64,000 nt of DNA from an uncultured delta proteobacterium (GTDB lineage Bacteria > Desulfobacterota > Binatia > Bin18). The translations under genes were made by a program, and so were the position numbers. The stretch covers positions 1-64,000 of the forward strand of contig CAVTCR010000050.1 in NCBI GenBank assembly GCA_963733195.1, given 5' to 3'. Below are positions 62,788 to 64,000 of this stretch, piece by piece. The notes under the pieces were generated by a model. The model was not told where the DNA came from. It saw only the letters and a list, made by a program, of their open reading frames with translations, and did not search any database. The stretch's first letter is position 1; every line of letters begins with the position of its first letter.

Positions 62788-64000
62788 ATGAAACTCCGGC
62801 CATTTTATCTCGTGCTATTACTGCTCCTCTGTGCAGGGTCAATCCACGCGGCTCCTCTTGGCACCCGTACCATGCTCGATAACGGCGCTATTCTTTTGGT
62901 TGCCGAGCGTCCTAGTATTCCCATGGTTGTCATTAACATCTTGCTCAAGAGTGGAGCAGCAGCAGATCCAACTGGTAAAGAGGGCGTCGCCAACCTCACG
63001 GCAGAACTCTTAACACGTGGCACCAAGCAACACTCGGCTCAAGCTCTTGCGGAAGAGCTTGACTTTCTCGGTGCATCACTTGGAGTCGATGCCGACCTCG
63101 AAACCACCTCGATAACCTTGACAACCCTGACGAAGAATCTTTCAGCGTCGCTGACTTTGCTAGCTGAGGTTCTCACCTCTCCCACCTTCCCAGTTGCCGA
63201 GTTAGAAAAGAAACGTACAGAAATTACCGGAGGCTTGCAAAGCCGCGAGGAAGATCCCGGATGGGTCGCACAGCGAGCTTTTCTTGAAAAACTCTATCCA
63301 CAACATCCCTATGGGCGATTAGTCGAAGGGCAGACAGCAACACTCGCAGCATTAAAACGCGAAGATGTCGTCGCCTTCCATCAAACACATTATCGTCCCA
63401 ATAACGCAATTATTGCCATTGCTGGTGATATTACCCAAGAGCAATTCGAGAAGCTTCTTCGCACCCATTTTGTTGAATGGCAGCGTGGCGATATCCCGAA
63501 CCTCACCTGGCCAGAAGAGCAACAACCAGCGGCAATGCAACTAACCCTCGACAAGAAGGTTGCGCAAGCAAATGTCATCCTGGGTCATATTGGTGTTACA
63601 CGAGCCAATCCTGATTATTACACCGTACAGGTCATGAACTACATTCTCGGTGGCGGCGGTTTCGGGTCTCGTTTGATGGACAAGATTCGCGAAGAGCTCG
63701 CGCTTGTGTATTCTATCGGCAGCAGCTTTAGCGCTCGCAAACATGCCGGACCGTTTACCGTTGTCCTGCAGACCAAGAATGCCAGCACAACCCAAGCCGT
63801 AGAAGAATCACTAAAAGTGATCTCTCGCTTTATCGAAGAAGGACCGACAGAGAAAGAAGTCACCGAAGCAAAAGCATATTTGGTCAATAGCTTTCCGCTC
63901 CGTTTGGTCTCCAACCGTGACGTTGCTTCTCTGCTTCCAGTTCTCGAGTTTCACAACCTTGGACTCGATTATCCAGACCGCTATCCAACACTCATCGGAC
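62788..64000 (+). CDS. M16 family peptidase, non-catalytic partner (partial, runs off window end)
   Basis: MKLRPFYLVLLLLLCAGSIHA..LDNG..EGVANLTAELLTRGT (no HXXEH), ILGGGGFGSRL..IRE..L.Y; absent from the ORF track because there is no stop in the window. Confidence 0.88.
   Translation, partial: MKLRPFYLVLLLLLCAGSIHAAPLGTRTMLDNGAILLVAERPSIPMVVINILLKSGAAADPTGKEGVANLTAELLTRGTKQHSAQALAEELDFLGASLGVDADLETTSITLTTLTKNLSASLTLLAEVLTSPTFPVAELEKKRTEITGGLQSREEDPGWVAQRAFLEKLYPQHPYGRLVEGQTATLAALKREDVVAFHQTHYRPNNAIIAIAGDITQEQFEKLLRTHFVEWQRGDIPNLTWPEEQQPAAMQLTLDKKVAQANVILGHIGVTRANPDYYTVQVMNYILGGGGFGSRLMDKIREELALVYSIGSSFSARKHAGPFTVVLQTKNASTTQAVEESLKVISRFIEEGPTEKEVTEAKAYLVNSFPLRLVSNRDVASLLPVLEFHNLGLDYPDRYPTLIG

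Overview
Bacterial chromosomal DNA of moderate GC (about 50-55% by eye). Gene content suggests a deltaproteobacterium-like organism, possibly Binatia; this is an inference. Assembly quality is uneven. The first ~860 bp are a foreign-looking, high-GC, internally inverted pstS fragment, and indels break several genes (1-6.3 kb, serS, 47-50 kb), most likely as sequencing errors. Left to right: (1) secreted surface and glycan-active proteins with a PEP-CTERM protein, manC and an exosortase-epsI-prsT-prsK-prsR locus; (2) acyl-CoA dehydrogenase, gatCAB and yraN; (3) an AT-rich gap with a 26-bp perfect palindrome and a dif-like site, where GC skew and KOPS-like octamers change polarity (probable replication terminus); (4) MoxR/VWA/DUF151/TPR genes; (5) a kinase-DUF1571-response regulator operon; (6) a tandem PTPS + SDR + BMP-type ABC transporter operon and tRNA-Ser; (7) an mtoX-SCO-mauG-like methanethiol oxidase cluster; (8) serS, then lon, galU, pgk, ompA and an M16 peptidase pair. 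The most novel hypothesis is a split-fibronectin-III donor-strand system that would dock secreted enzymes on a surface scaffold (1.7-7.4 kb). No CRISPR array, rRNA or intact mobile element was seen.
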